This document shows, in pieces, positions 50,768 to 61,847 of a DNA stretch of 64,000 nt. How positions within the stretch are numbered: the first letter of the stretch is position 1; the number at the start of each line of letters is the position of its first letter. The notes beneath the pieces were generated by a model that searched no databases, had not been told where the DNA came from, and saw nothing but the letters and a program-made list of their open reading frames with translations. The stretch spans positions 57,166,001 through 57,230,000 of the forward strand of contig NW_024704742.1 of assembly GCF_018977255.1 (NCBI RefSeq), given 5' to 3'. The stretch comes from Callorhinchus milii (taxonomy: Eukaryota). The translations under genes and the position numbers were made by a program.

Positions 50768-53290
50768 ATGAGGAAAAGGGGGGGTTACATTTTAGAAGCA
50801 GGGGAGATGGGCTTTGTGAAGAGAATGGGAAATGGGGCAGTCGGGGTGGCTGCTCTGGGACAACCATCACCAAGCCCCGTGATGAGCCTGGCAGAGGATG
50901 CCCAGGCTGGAGCAAAGGGAGGCTGTGGGAGGGTCCAAGAGAGAGAAGGAAGGGAGGGCTGTGGGAAAGAAGAACTAAGTGCAAGTAGCGATGGGTGGGG
51001 AGTAGAATTTGGGCAATTTGGGAGAAGGCTATTCAGGTCGGGCGGCAGGTAAAACCTGTATGCCGGGACAATAAAGCAAAGGGATCAACAGGGGATGGTC
51101 AGCCTACAGGCATAAAGGGGACTAGAGGAGACGGTGCAGAGGGTAGAGAAAAGGGATGGCACTCATAGCATTATTTATTAAGTTAGACAAGAGCCCAATC
51201 TGATAAATAATTTAGAGAGGGGGTGTGTGTGTGAGAGAGAGAGAGGTGAGAGCGGACTGGAAGGGAATTTTCTAGAAATAATTCTAAAATAGAATAACTT
51301 GTCAATTGTGAGTTACTGTATATGATTTTCATCATTCATGGAATAAATACAGTACTCAACTACATCATGTCTGATTTAACTCCAGGGAATTTAGTAACCT
51401 CCAGTCCCCTATCCTTCATCTTCATTGGCAGTAGTGACTCTATTTGGGTTATTATTCAAAAAAAATCTGCTCCATTAGACTGCATCCAGTTATGATACAT
51501 TAAACATATTCAGACAGATCCATAATTGGATCAAGGAATTCAGTCCTTGAGAAGGATTAACATTTTAGCTATATATAAGAACTAGGGAAGAGAAATAAGA
51601 ATTTCTGAGAGTTCATAGCCTTTTCAAAGTTTCATTAATCCCTTAAAGTGGGTGAAACTCTAAAAGTATATTTGAACAGTACAAATCTGTGAATAGCAAA
51701 CTAAAGCTTATAATGAAACCTAATTTTAGTTTTGATGCTTCCTTCCCTTTCCTGTCCCCACAGAATTCCATGTCCCTCCAGGGAGAGTGTGCATTCCATT
51801 CCAGACACAGGGAAATTTTGATGTGTAGGTGATATTTGTACTGCATTGATGTGTAGGTGATACTCGATGTGTAGTGATTTTTTGCCCACAATAAACAGTC
51901 AATCCACTTTATAGTATATCCTGTGAAGCGCTTTGAGACATCTCGATGATATGATAAGGCCCTATATCAAATGCAAGAATTATTATTATTATATACCTAT
52001 GTGAACTCTCAGGCTGGTTCGGATACTCTTAAGCATGGTGATGAGCTTCTGCATGGATCTGACTCTGAGCTGACCAAAACAAATCTGTAGGAAAGTTGTT
52101 CTGCCCAGATGATTGACCCGATTATAAATTATATTTGTACTTACCGCTTGTGAAATGAGCATGTACCACAGGTAATATCACAGTGTGCACACATATATAC
52201 AAGTATTAGAAAGAAGGGCGATTGTTCCTGAACATTGGGAAAATTGTCTAATCATTTCTCTTTAACTCAGATGTTAGCCCACTATTAATAATAATAATAA
52301 TCCTTGCATTTGATATAGCATCTTATTGCATTGTTAAGACGGCTCAAAATGCTTGGTAGAATATACTGCAAAGTGGATTAGATATATATTTTGTTCTGAT
52401 ATACAGCAATTTTCAATGGTAAGTTATCAGATACAGAAACAAGTTACTTTTGACAATGAATGTGATAATAATAATAACAATCAGCCATGAAGTGAATAAC
52501 CAATTTTATTTGGGGGATTATTGGCCATTGGGAAAAAGTCCAGTTTCCAAAAGTGGTAAATGTGGAATCATTTATTTTTCAGTCATTTATACAATAGCAG
52601 CATTCTGGAAGCACTGTTCATAACATCCTCCTTAATGGACTTGCTCATATCCATTTGAGAAGTCATAAAATCTTAGCTTCCTCTGCTGTGCTTGAACTGA
52701 ATAATAGGAGTCTCTCTGGCACCAGCAATACTTTTCCATTTCCAATGCATGTCCCAGTCCAAAAGAATTAATAGAATTATGTTTTTTATGTCTCCAGGAT
52801 GATCTATCAGGTCTGCTGATCCAACCCTTCAGTATGTTTCCTTGTCACCTAAGCTTCAACCTTCAAAAGACTTCCCTTGAACTTTAGTTTCTGAAATATT
52901 TGGTTATTTACGGTTGTGCCGCCATTAATGTATTTCAGTAAAGGGTGGCTTGACTTGTGACAAATGCAAATGTGAACTTTATTTCTGCCATCTAATTATT
53001 ACATCCATTCCCATATAATATAATGCACTAATATAATGTAAGACAATGTAACATATTTGTTTGTTCTAATGTAGAATGCTGAATTCTGTCCTGGCCAATA
53101 ATCCTCCATTCACATCATAGGTTTATAGGACCTTGCTGTTTGCAAACACATATTGACTGCACTTGACAGCAATTATAAATGAAATGCTTTGAGACATTTC
53201 GATATTATAGGCTCGACATAAAGTGCAAGGCTTATTATTATTTATTCCTGTGCTCTATTTTTAAATTTTAAATTGGCAACATGACTTTGT

Positions 53291-53591
53291 GGAGTCCTGT
53301 AACTCAGTGGTTAGAGCACTCGCTTTGCAAGTGAGAGACCTGAGTTCAATTCCAGTCAGGGTGAAACCTTGGGCAAGTTTCCTTACTCCACACGCCTAAT
53401 AATAATCCCTCCAAAACCAAAAACAATAATAAATTGATCATTTTCAATCCATGACTGTTTGTGGGACATTGCTGTGCGCAATTGGCTGCCGCGTTCAATT
53501 CACTTTACAGTGTGTTCTGTGAAGCGCTTTGGGACGTTTTCCCGACGTGAAAAGCGCTATATCAAATGCAAGGATTATAATTATTATTATT
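53291..53591 (+). mobile_element. tRNA-headed SINE, full length
   Basis: A box TAACTCAGTGG, anticodon-arm-like CTCGC-TTTGCAA-GTGAG (TGC, Ala-like), B box GAGTTCAATTCC. 3' stem-loop AGCGCTTT..AAAGCGCT and a (TTA)n tail. Confidence 0.92.
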
Positions 53592-53839
53592 AAATTAATT
53601 GGATATGCTCCACAATGAACAGGTTAATTTATACATTAGGTTATTTATGGATTACTGTGTAAAGTTACATTACATAATATGCAATGTTCGTGATCAGAAG
53701 TAGCAACCCAAAGAGAATCCCAAAAGCAGCTCTTTCCAGTAAACAGAATTGTGTCATGCTGACCCATTAGATCCACAATCCAATGTGATCTGACGCACTT
53801 CTGTTTCCATTTCCTCCCTGGATGGTATATTCTATTTAT

Positions 53840-54125
53840 TCACCACAATGTGTGAAGTAATTCAATGTTGTTTCTCTTCCCTCTTCTGACTCCATGACTC
53901 TTTGTCCTAGATATTCTTTTAACATGTTAAACAAATCGTTGGGTTTCAATTTATCTATGTCCACTAGCATCTTGAACACTCTCATAAGATTTCCCTCGAA
54001 GTTTCTATTCTTCAGTATGAACAACGCCAGGTTTTTCAACATCTGCTTGTAAATCGGATGCCTAATTCCAGCTATCAATCACATTACTTTTTCCTGTACC
54101 TTTTCCAAAGCCAAGATGTCCCTTA
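53840..54125 (-). mobile_element. Degraded CR1 3' fragment
   Basis: Minus-strand peptide IYKQMLKNLALFILKNRNFEGNLMRVFKML resembles CR1 YEERL..LFSLE.RRLRGDLI.VFKI. Confidence 0.65.
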
Positions 54126-54627
54126 GAACAATGACAACAACTTGCATTTACTGAATATAGCACCCTATACGTCAGATGAAAATTAGTGACAATTCAGACA
54201 AGTAAAAGCTTTTTCATTCAAATAGCAATAACTGTTTGAAGTAATCAACCATTTGAAATAATAGAGGCAAAAATACTGTGGTCATTTGGAATGTAATAAA
54301 ATGGCTTGATGAGACAACTATGATATGTTTCTTAGTATGTGTTTTTGCTTCTTTGGAAGCCAAGAAAAGCAGAACAAAAATAGATTGCTTACAATTTTTC
54401 TGCCTCCTTTCAAATTTGCTTATTCCATGATGCAGGTCCCAAGTGCATTTACATGGGTTTCAACGTGTTGCATGCAAGGGGGAGGGATGTCATCATGGAA
54501 CATGTGTATTCATGCCATTGACAGCAGGCATTAATATCGTCCACAAAATGCAGTCAATTTACTTTACAGTTTATTCTGTGAAGCGCTTTGAGATGTCACG
54601 AAGATGTGATAAAACGCCACATATATA

Positions 54628-55218
54628 ACAACAAAATGACATTTGTATAGCGCCTTTCACGTCGGGAGGACATCCCAAGGTGCTGGATAATCAGTGTTTC
54701 AGACCCGAGCTTGGGGGTCGGGATCGGGGAGGATGGAGGGCAGTGGGGGGGCAGGAAGGCGACCAAAGGCATGGTCAAAGAGGAGGGTCTTGAGATGGGT
54801 CTTAAAGGAAGCAAGGGAGGGGGTGAAACAGAGGGACTGTGGGATGAAGTTCCAGAGGGTGGGGGCAGAGTGACAGGAGGCCCATCCGCCAATGGTGGGG
54901 TGGGTGAGGCGGGGGATGTGAAACAGGCTGGAGGCCACTGAGTGGAGGGAGCGGACAGCTTGGTAGTTGGTTAGGAGGTTGCAGAAGTAGGAGGGAGCAA
55001 GGCCTTGGAGGGCTTTGAAAGTGAGGATCAGGATCTTGAACTGTATGCTCTGTGTGATGGGAAGCCAGAGGAGTCGGGCGAAGATGGGGGTGATAGGGTC
55101 AGGGAGCCTGGTGTGGGAGAGGGCATGGTCTGCAGAGTTCTGGATGATCTGCAGCCTATGGAGGGAGGAGTTGGGGAGGCCGACAAGCAGGGAGTTTGCA
55201 TAGTTAAGCCTGGATGTT
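54628..55218 (-). mobile_element. 5'-truncated L2 LINE with tail
   Basis: ITSRLNYANSLLVGLP..DPITPIFARLLWLP..FKTHLKTLLF; tail at 54628-54682. Confidence 0.9.
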
Positions 55219-55411
55219 ATATATATAATATATAGCTGGACTATTGTGTCCAAATCTGGGCACCACACTTTAGGAAGGATAACAAGGAATTGGAGAGGGT
55301 GCAGAGATTTACTAAAACTATACCAGGGATGAGGGACTTTAGTTATGTGGAGAGGCTGGAGGTGGGATTATTCTCCTTAGAGCAGAGAAGGTTAAGGGAA
55401 GATTTAATAAG

Positions 55412-57434
55412 AGCATAAGAAATGCTAGACGATAGAAGACCAAGATCCATCTAGTTCGCCTTCCACCTTCCTGGTGGTTGCATGCCCATATGTCCCAAAC
55501 TACCTATGTACTATATCCCATAATATTATTTCCTAAAAGAAAACTATCTTATCTGTGTTTGAAAGAATTAACACTTCCTGCTTCAACCGTCTCCGGTTCA
55601 CTATTCGCTTACAGGTTCCACAGGTTCACAATTCGCTCACTGAATAATGTTTGCGTAGATTCGTTCTGAGTTTACCCCCGTTCAATCACAGGCCGTGTCC
55701 TCTGGCTTTTACTATTCTGGACAAGTTGAAACAGCCTGTCATGATCTATATTCAACCTTCACAGCTCTGTCCTTGACAGGTTCAGATTGTACCGCTCACA
55801 CTGCCACCACTTCATCTCCACAAACGGTTTCTCCTCTAGCCGCTGCACCGTCTTGTGCGGCGTTCCTCAGGGCTCTGTCCTTGGTCCCACATCTTCAATT
55901 ACAGGCTCCTTCTTGGTGACAACATCCACAGACATGGGGTCAACTTCCACATGTGTGCGGATGATACCCAACTCTACCTCTCTGCCTCCACCCCTGATTC
56001 CAGGACCACTGCTGTGCTGACAGAATGTCTGTCAGATATCAAGTCCTGGATGAGAACTAACTTTCTTCAGTTGAGAGTCAACAAGACCGAGGCCCTCCTG
56101 ATTGGCTCCTGTCAGCGCCTCCGCACCTCAGGCGCTGACAGCATCACCGTCCATGGTTGCACACTCCACCTTACTAAGCCAGTCCAGAATCTTGGGGTCT
56201 TGGTTGACCATTAATTATCCTTTCTATACCACACTGCCACAGAGCATTGTTGGGAGAGTTTAAATTTATTGTCAATCAGGACTCCCAAGTCCTTTTCATT
56301 TTTCATACTTATTATTTTCCTTCTGTTCAAATAATAATCCCTTCCAGGATTTGTTTGTCCACATGTGACAGTACTTTACATTTCTCCACATTGAATTTCA
56401 TCTGCCACCGATCTGCCCAATTCCCAAGTATGTTCAAATCCTCCTGTAACCTATCATGTTCAGCTTCGCAATCTGCCACCTTCATTAGCTTGGTGTCATC
56501 TACAAACTTAACCACTGTGCTTGTGACTCCAGATCATTTGTAAAAATATTAAACAAAAGAGGTCCCAAGACAGATCCTTGTGGAACTCCACTGGTAACAT
56601 TTTCCCAGTCTGATGACATTCCCTGTACCACCACCCTCTGGGTTCTTCTGGTCAACCAATTGTGTATCCATTGAAATATACCTCCACTGATTCTCGCTTT
56701 CTTCACTTTCACTACCAGCCTCTCAAGAGGAACTGTATCAAAGGCTTCACTGAAATTCAGATATACAACATCCACAGCCTTACCCTTATCAAGCTCCCTT
56801 GTCACACTGTCAAAGAATGCCAGTAAATTAGATTGGAAAGACCTCCCCTTCATGAACACATATCGTTTATGATTTTATTTCTGTCCAGATACTCCATGAT
56901 TTTATCCTTCATAAGTGTTTCCATCATTTTACCCACAATGGACGTCAAACTTACTGCCCTTTAGTTTCCTGGGTCACGTTTTGTTACCTTTCTTAAAAAT
57001 AGGAGTAACATCTGCCTTTCTCCAGTCCCCCGGCACCTCACCAGTATTCAGTGATTTTTGAAAGATTTGTGCCAGAGTTTCTGGGACTTCCTCCCTTAGT
57101 CCCTTAAGGATCCTCAGATGTGATTTATCAGGCCCATGAGATTTATTTACCTTAAGTTTACACAACTGTTTGGCAACCATGCTGGTAATGTTATGAATAG
57201 TGTCACAACTTTTCCCTGGGACATCCTTGAATTCTCTTTCCAGATCAGATGTTACCCGTCTCCTCCTTGGTAAAAACTGATGCAAAAAACTTATTTAGCA
57301 CTATTGCAGCCTGTGAAGCATTATTTGTTATGTTCTCTCCCACCTTCAGTGGCCCTATTCCATTGCTTGTTTTTCTTTTACTCAAAATGTAACTTAAAAA
57401 CTTTTTGTTATTATCCTTCACATCTCTTGCCATT
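55412..57434 (-). mobile_element. Second CR1-family LINE in opposite orientation
   Basis: NKSHGPDK..PGDWRKADVTPIFKKG, VVYLNFSEAFDTVP, GVPQGSVLGPLLFNIF, KFVDDTKL, WQMKFNVEKCKVL. Confidence 0.9.
55761..56230 (+). mobile_element. Internal L2 RT fragment lodged inside the minus-strand CR1
   Basis: CGVPQGSVLGP, HMCADDTQLY, DIKSWMRTNFLQL.VNKTEALLIG, VQNLGV. Confidence 0.85.
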
Positions 57435-57949
57435 CCAATTCAATAGAGATGTTCAAAATTAATCAGGGGTTTTGATAAGAGTAGACAGGGTAGATAGGGA
57501 GAAACTGTTTCAACTGGCAGGTGGGTCGGTAACCAGGGGATATAGATTCAAGATAATTGGCAAAAGAACCAGTGGGGAGATGAGGACATTTTCATACAGA
57601 GAGCTGTTACTGTCTGAAAGGGCGGTGGAAGCAGATTCAAGAACAACTTTCAAACGGGAATTGGATAGGTACTTGAAGAGGACAAAATTGCAAGTATATG
57701 GGGAAAGAGGGGAGGAAGAGGGTGGGATTGACTGGGAAGCTCTTCCAAAGAGCTAGCACTGGCACGATGGGCCGAGGGGCCTTCTTCTGTGCTGTAATAT
57801 TGTACGATTCTACATCAAATGCCAGGATTATTATTATTATCATTATTACCCACTGCTGTTCATGGCAGTCAAGTTCACAAGCAAAGTGTAATAGTGCGGT
57901 GTTTAGTTCACAAGAAGAGCAGTCCAGGCAGTGATGGGGTGAGCGGTGC

Positions 57950-58950
57950 ACTGCTAACACGAGGGCCTCAAGTGAATTGTGGGCGATGGTGCGCTTTGCT
58001 GCAACAAGCGGGCGGACGCTAGGACCCCCCGGGCCGGGCCGGGCCGGGCCGGGCCGAGCAGAGCCGCTCCCGCTCACTCTCACTGTCGCTCTCACTCTCT
58101 CTGGGGCTGAGCCGCGCGGAGACGATTGGCTGCAGCTGCGCCACTGAGAAGTCGGTGGTTAAAAAAAAATCAGCGGCTGAGTGTTAAGTGGACAGACAGA
58201 CACACACATACACACACACACACACACATGGTGGTGGTGGTGGTGGAGGAGGAAGCGGCTCAGGAGGGAGACAGAGAGAGGTCAGTGCCGCCTTCCTACA
58301 CTACATCATTTTGCAGTCGAGAAACGCACGAGGGCGAGACAACCTCCAGAGAGGGGGAGTGAGGGAGAGAGAGGGGGAGTGAGGGAGAGGGAGAGAGAGG
58401 GGGGGAGTGAGGGGGAGGGAGGGAGGGAGGGAGAGAGGGGGAGTGAGGGAGAGGGGGAGTGAGAGAGGGGGAGTGAGAGAGAGGGGGAGTGAGAGAGAGG
58501 GGGAGTGAGAGAGGGGGGGGTGAGAGAGAGGGGGAGTGAGAGAGGGGGAGTGAGGGAGGGGGAGTGAGGGAGAGAGAGGGGGGGGAGTGAGGGGAAGGGA
58601 GAGAGAGGGGGGAGTGAGGGGGGGGGGAGTGAGGGGGGGTGAGAGGGAGTGAGAGGGGGAGGGGGAGTGAGGGAGGGGGAGGGAGAGACGGAGTGAGGGG
58701 TAAAGGAGGGGTGAGTGGAGGGCATGTCGGGCGGGAGAGGGAGAGTGGGGGGTTGTGAGGTTGTGCTCTGGAGACCGCAGCCAATGCCGCGCCGCTCGTG
58801 CCCCCCCCCCCGGCCCCCGCGCACGCGCGGGCTGTGGAGCGCGGGGCCGGGGTTCCACCCGCATTGTTACGATGACAATGGTCGGTGTGGAACGTGGGGC
58901 CGCTCGGGGTTCGGGGGTTCCCGCGCTCGGGCTGAGCCTCCCCCCCCCCC
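57950..58950. promoter_or_regulatory. CpG-island-like promoter region of an unidentified neighbouring gene
   Basis: Sharp rise in GC and CpG. (GGGCC)4 at about 58031-58055, ATTGG at about 58125 and CCAAT at about 58781; donor-like GAG|GTCAGT at 58280/58281. Confidence 0.6.
58349..58715 (+). repeat. Polypurine G-rich tandem tract, (GAGAGGGGGAGT)n-like
   Basis: Almost pure A/G with a recurring GGGGGAGTGA motif. Confidence 0.92.
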
Positions 58951-59113
58951 CGAGGGTCACTGAGGAGCCTCTCCCCCCCCCCGAGGGTCACTGAGGAGCC
59001 TCTCCCCCCCCGAGGGTCACTGAGGAGCCTCCCCCTCCCCCCGAGGGTCACTGAGGATCCCCCCCCCCCGAGGGTCACTGAGCCTCCCCCCCCCCGAGGG
59101 TCACTGAGGAGCC

Positions 59114-59152
<39 letters not shown>

Positions 59153-59627
59153 AGGGTCACTGAGGAGCCTCTCCCCCCCCCCCCGAGGGTCACTGAGGAG
59201 CCTCTCCCCCCCCCCCCCCCCCGAGGGTCACTGAGGAGCCTCTCCCCCCCCCGAGGGTCACTGAGGAGCCTCTCCCCCCCCCCCGAGGGTCACTGAGGAG
59301 CCTCCCCCCCCCCCCCCCCCCGAGGATCACTGAGCCTCCCCCCCCCCGAGGGTCACTGAGGAGCCTCTCCCCCCCCCCCCCGAGGGTCACTGAGGAGCCT
59401 CCCCCCCCCCCCCGAGGATCACTGAGCCTCCCCCCCCCCCCGAGGGTCACTGAGGAGCCTCTCCCCCCCCCCCGAGGGTCACTGAGGAGCCTCCCCCCCC
59501 CCCCCCCCCCCGAGGATCACTGAGCTCCCCCCCCCCCCGAGGGTCACTGAGGAGCCTCTCCCCCCCCCCCCGAGGGTCACTGAGGAGCCTCCCCCCCCCC
59601 CCGAGGGTCACTGAGGAGCCTCCCCCC
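58935..59627 (+). repeat. Minisatellite of about 21 units, CGAGGGTCACTGAGGAGCCT(CT)-C(n)
   Basis: Constant ~20-bp core separated by poly-C runs of variable length. Confidence 0.96.
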
Positions 59628-61490
59628 CACACACTAACACATATATATATATATATATATATAACGATCATCTGAAATAATCCCCTTCCCAAGAAGAGAG
59701 GAAGGAATTAACTCCCCCCCCCCCCTCCCCTCCTCGGGGAGGAGAGGTGCGCTGGTTCTCTGATGCGCTCCTTTTTTTTTTGGGTGCGTTTTTGTATTTT
59801 TGATATATATGTTAAAAAAATTATTAAAAATGACCGTTAAAGGCAAAGGGGCAACAGCTGCTTTTGTTGCAGTGCCGTGTGGCTGATCCAGTGGGGGGGG
59901 TGGGGGGGAGAGAGAGAGAGAGAGAGATGCACTGGGGTTGGGGGGAGTATTGGGAAGAGTCCATCTTGTGTGTCAGTATTGTACAGTCCCCCCTCCTCCC
60001 TCCCCCCCTCACTGTAATAGTTCAAACAGTTAAATCCTCTTTATACAGATGGCTGGACGTGTGTTGGTTGTGCATCAGTATATACATCATCGACACTGAG
60101 TGCATTTAAAGGTTACAGTTGACACATTACAGCCTCTCCGCACTGCAGAGGATACTTTCCTAAAACTCCAAACACCACCCTTTGCGAGACCCCATCTCAA
60201 CATGTTTGGATTTTTTGGATATGATTTTTTTTCATATCAAACGTACCGTGTTAAGAGGGGGCGGGTGGGGTCTCTTTGGATCTGAACTGGCGCCAAAGGT
60301 GACCTGTTTGGCAATCGAATGTCTGGATCGAGCCAACTCTCTGGCGCTCTCGGTAGTCCGCCTGAGCTAGGCGGGTCTTCAGGTTTTTTTTTATTTGTAT
60401 TGGGGCAAATCAAGCAAAGGCGTTAACTTTTTTTGATACTTTATAAGAGTGGTGTCTAATCATTAGGGTGTTGCTTCTAACGTTATAGTGCCAAAAGATG
60501 ATGCATGCTTCTTCCTCCCCAAATTTAAAACTTGGGTCCAGGTAACCTGCATTGATATGAATGTCAGCGGCTTCTTTTGGTACCACTTTGCCCCGAGGCC
60601 AGGAGCTCGCTGATTCAAATCCCCATCCGTCCTGAGTTTGCTTATCTCGGCTTGGGCTGCAAGGGGAAAGCTAAATTGTCTCTTGCCTTTGTAAGGTTTG
60701 GGAGGGGAAAACCAGCCAAGGTTCCTGATTCTGACCCCTCTATAGCACCCTCAAACTGGCTGTGTGTATGTGGAACTCTGACTGGTTTGGGTGCTCCTAT
60801 GCACGGTGATGGATTTCTACATGTGTGAGACACCCGGCTGATCAACTCTACTACTCAAAAAAAAACTTTAGGACTGTTTGTGGGTTGTTGTGGTGTGCAA
60901 CGTTCCTGTAGTTTTGGACTACAAATGTAATCACTACATTTTATAGCAATTCTATGTGAATCTCTTTGTGACAGTTTATTATTGTTGTGCTATATAAATG
61001 CACCCATAGATATATTTTACTTGAAATTAATGGAATATAAATCGTACGCTTTCATAAAAGGTAAAAGTTTTGTGGTGGTAATTCTTGCATTTGATATAGC
61101 ACCTTTCATATCAGAAGGATTTCTCCAAGGGAATTACTGTAGAGTACAGTGACTATGTAATTTTAGGCAAACAGCATCCAATTTGTAATATCCCACAAAG
61201 AGCATGAAATGAATGACCAATTTTTACGTGGGAGATTGTTGGCCAGGACAACGGGAGGAAACTCTTTCCCTAATTAAATGCAGTGTGTGTTGCCAGATAA
61301 CTATCGGAAGATCCTGGATGGTTTAAATACTGTAATTAGAATCCTGAAATAGCGTTGCATCTGTTGGAATACAAACCTTTTTTTTCAAAAAAAATTCTGC
61401 ACTTGAAATGTTTTTTCTGCAATACTGGTGTCAGCCTCACTCAGTTAGTAGCACTCTTCTTAATCAGAAAGATGTGAGTTGAAGCCCAAT

Positions 61491-61847
61491 GAGTCCTGTA
61501 ACTCAGTGGTTAGAGCACTTGCCTCGCAAACTAGAGACCAGGGTTCGATTCCCGGCAAGGCAAAATGTTGGGCAAGTTTCCTTATTTCACACGCCTCTGT
61601 TTACCTAGCAGTAAGTAAGGAACCTGGTTGTTAGATTGCTTTTCTGGGGGTAATAATCCTTCAACAAAATAATAATTTGGTCACTCAATCCATGATTGTT
61701 TGTGGGACACTGCTGTGCATAATTGACTGCCGCATTTCGCCCACAAATATACAGTCAATTCACTTTACGGTATATTCTGTGAAGCGCTTTGAGACGTCTA
61801 GAAGACGTGAAAAGCACTATATCAAGTGCAAGTATTATTATAATAAT
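61491..61847 (+). mobile_element. tRNA-headed SINE (long variant) nested in an older DeuSINE-like element (about 61426-62045)
   Basis: Head GAGTCCTGTAACTCAGTGGTTAGAGC..GGGTTCGATTCCC and the same tail as 53291-53591. The flanks (..CAGAAAGATGTGAGTTGAAGCCCAAT / GTTGGGACGTTGAGC..) rejoin into the head seen at 22850-22890. Confidence 0.88.

Larger units (their letters stand above)
55232..57812 (+). mobile_element. CR1 3' portion split into 55232-55409 and 57438-57812 by a nested insertion
   Basis: ..GAGAAGGTTAAGGGAAGATTTAATA joins to AATAGAGATGTTCAAAATT.., reconstructing RRLRGDLIEVFKI. Confidence 0.82.

Noticed and set aside
53291..53365. tRNA-Ala gene (also 3690-3760 and 61491-61560)
   Set aside because: No proper acceptor stem or terminator, and it runs directly into a SINE body and tail; these are SINE heads.
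58935..59627. CRISPR-like repeat-spacer appearance
   Set aside because: The spacers are only poly-C, the context is vertebrate and there are no cas genes; it is a minisatellite.
58296..59692. Long Pro/Leu/Ser- and Gly-rich ORFs
   Set aside because: Translations of the purine tract and the minisatellite.
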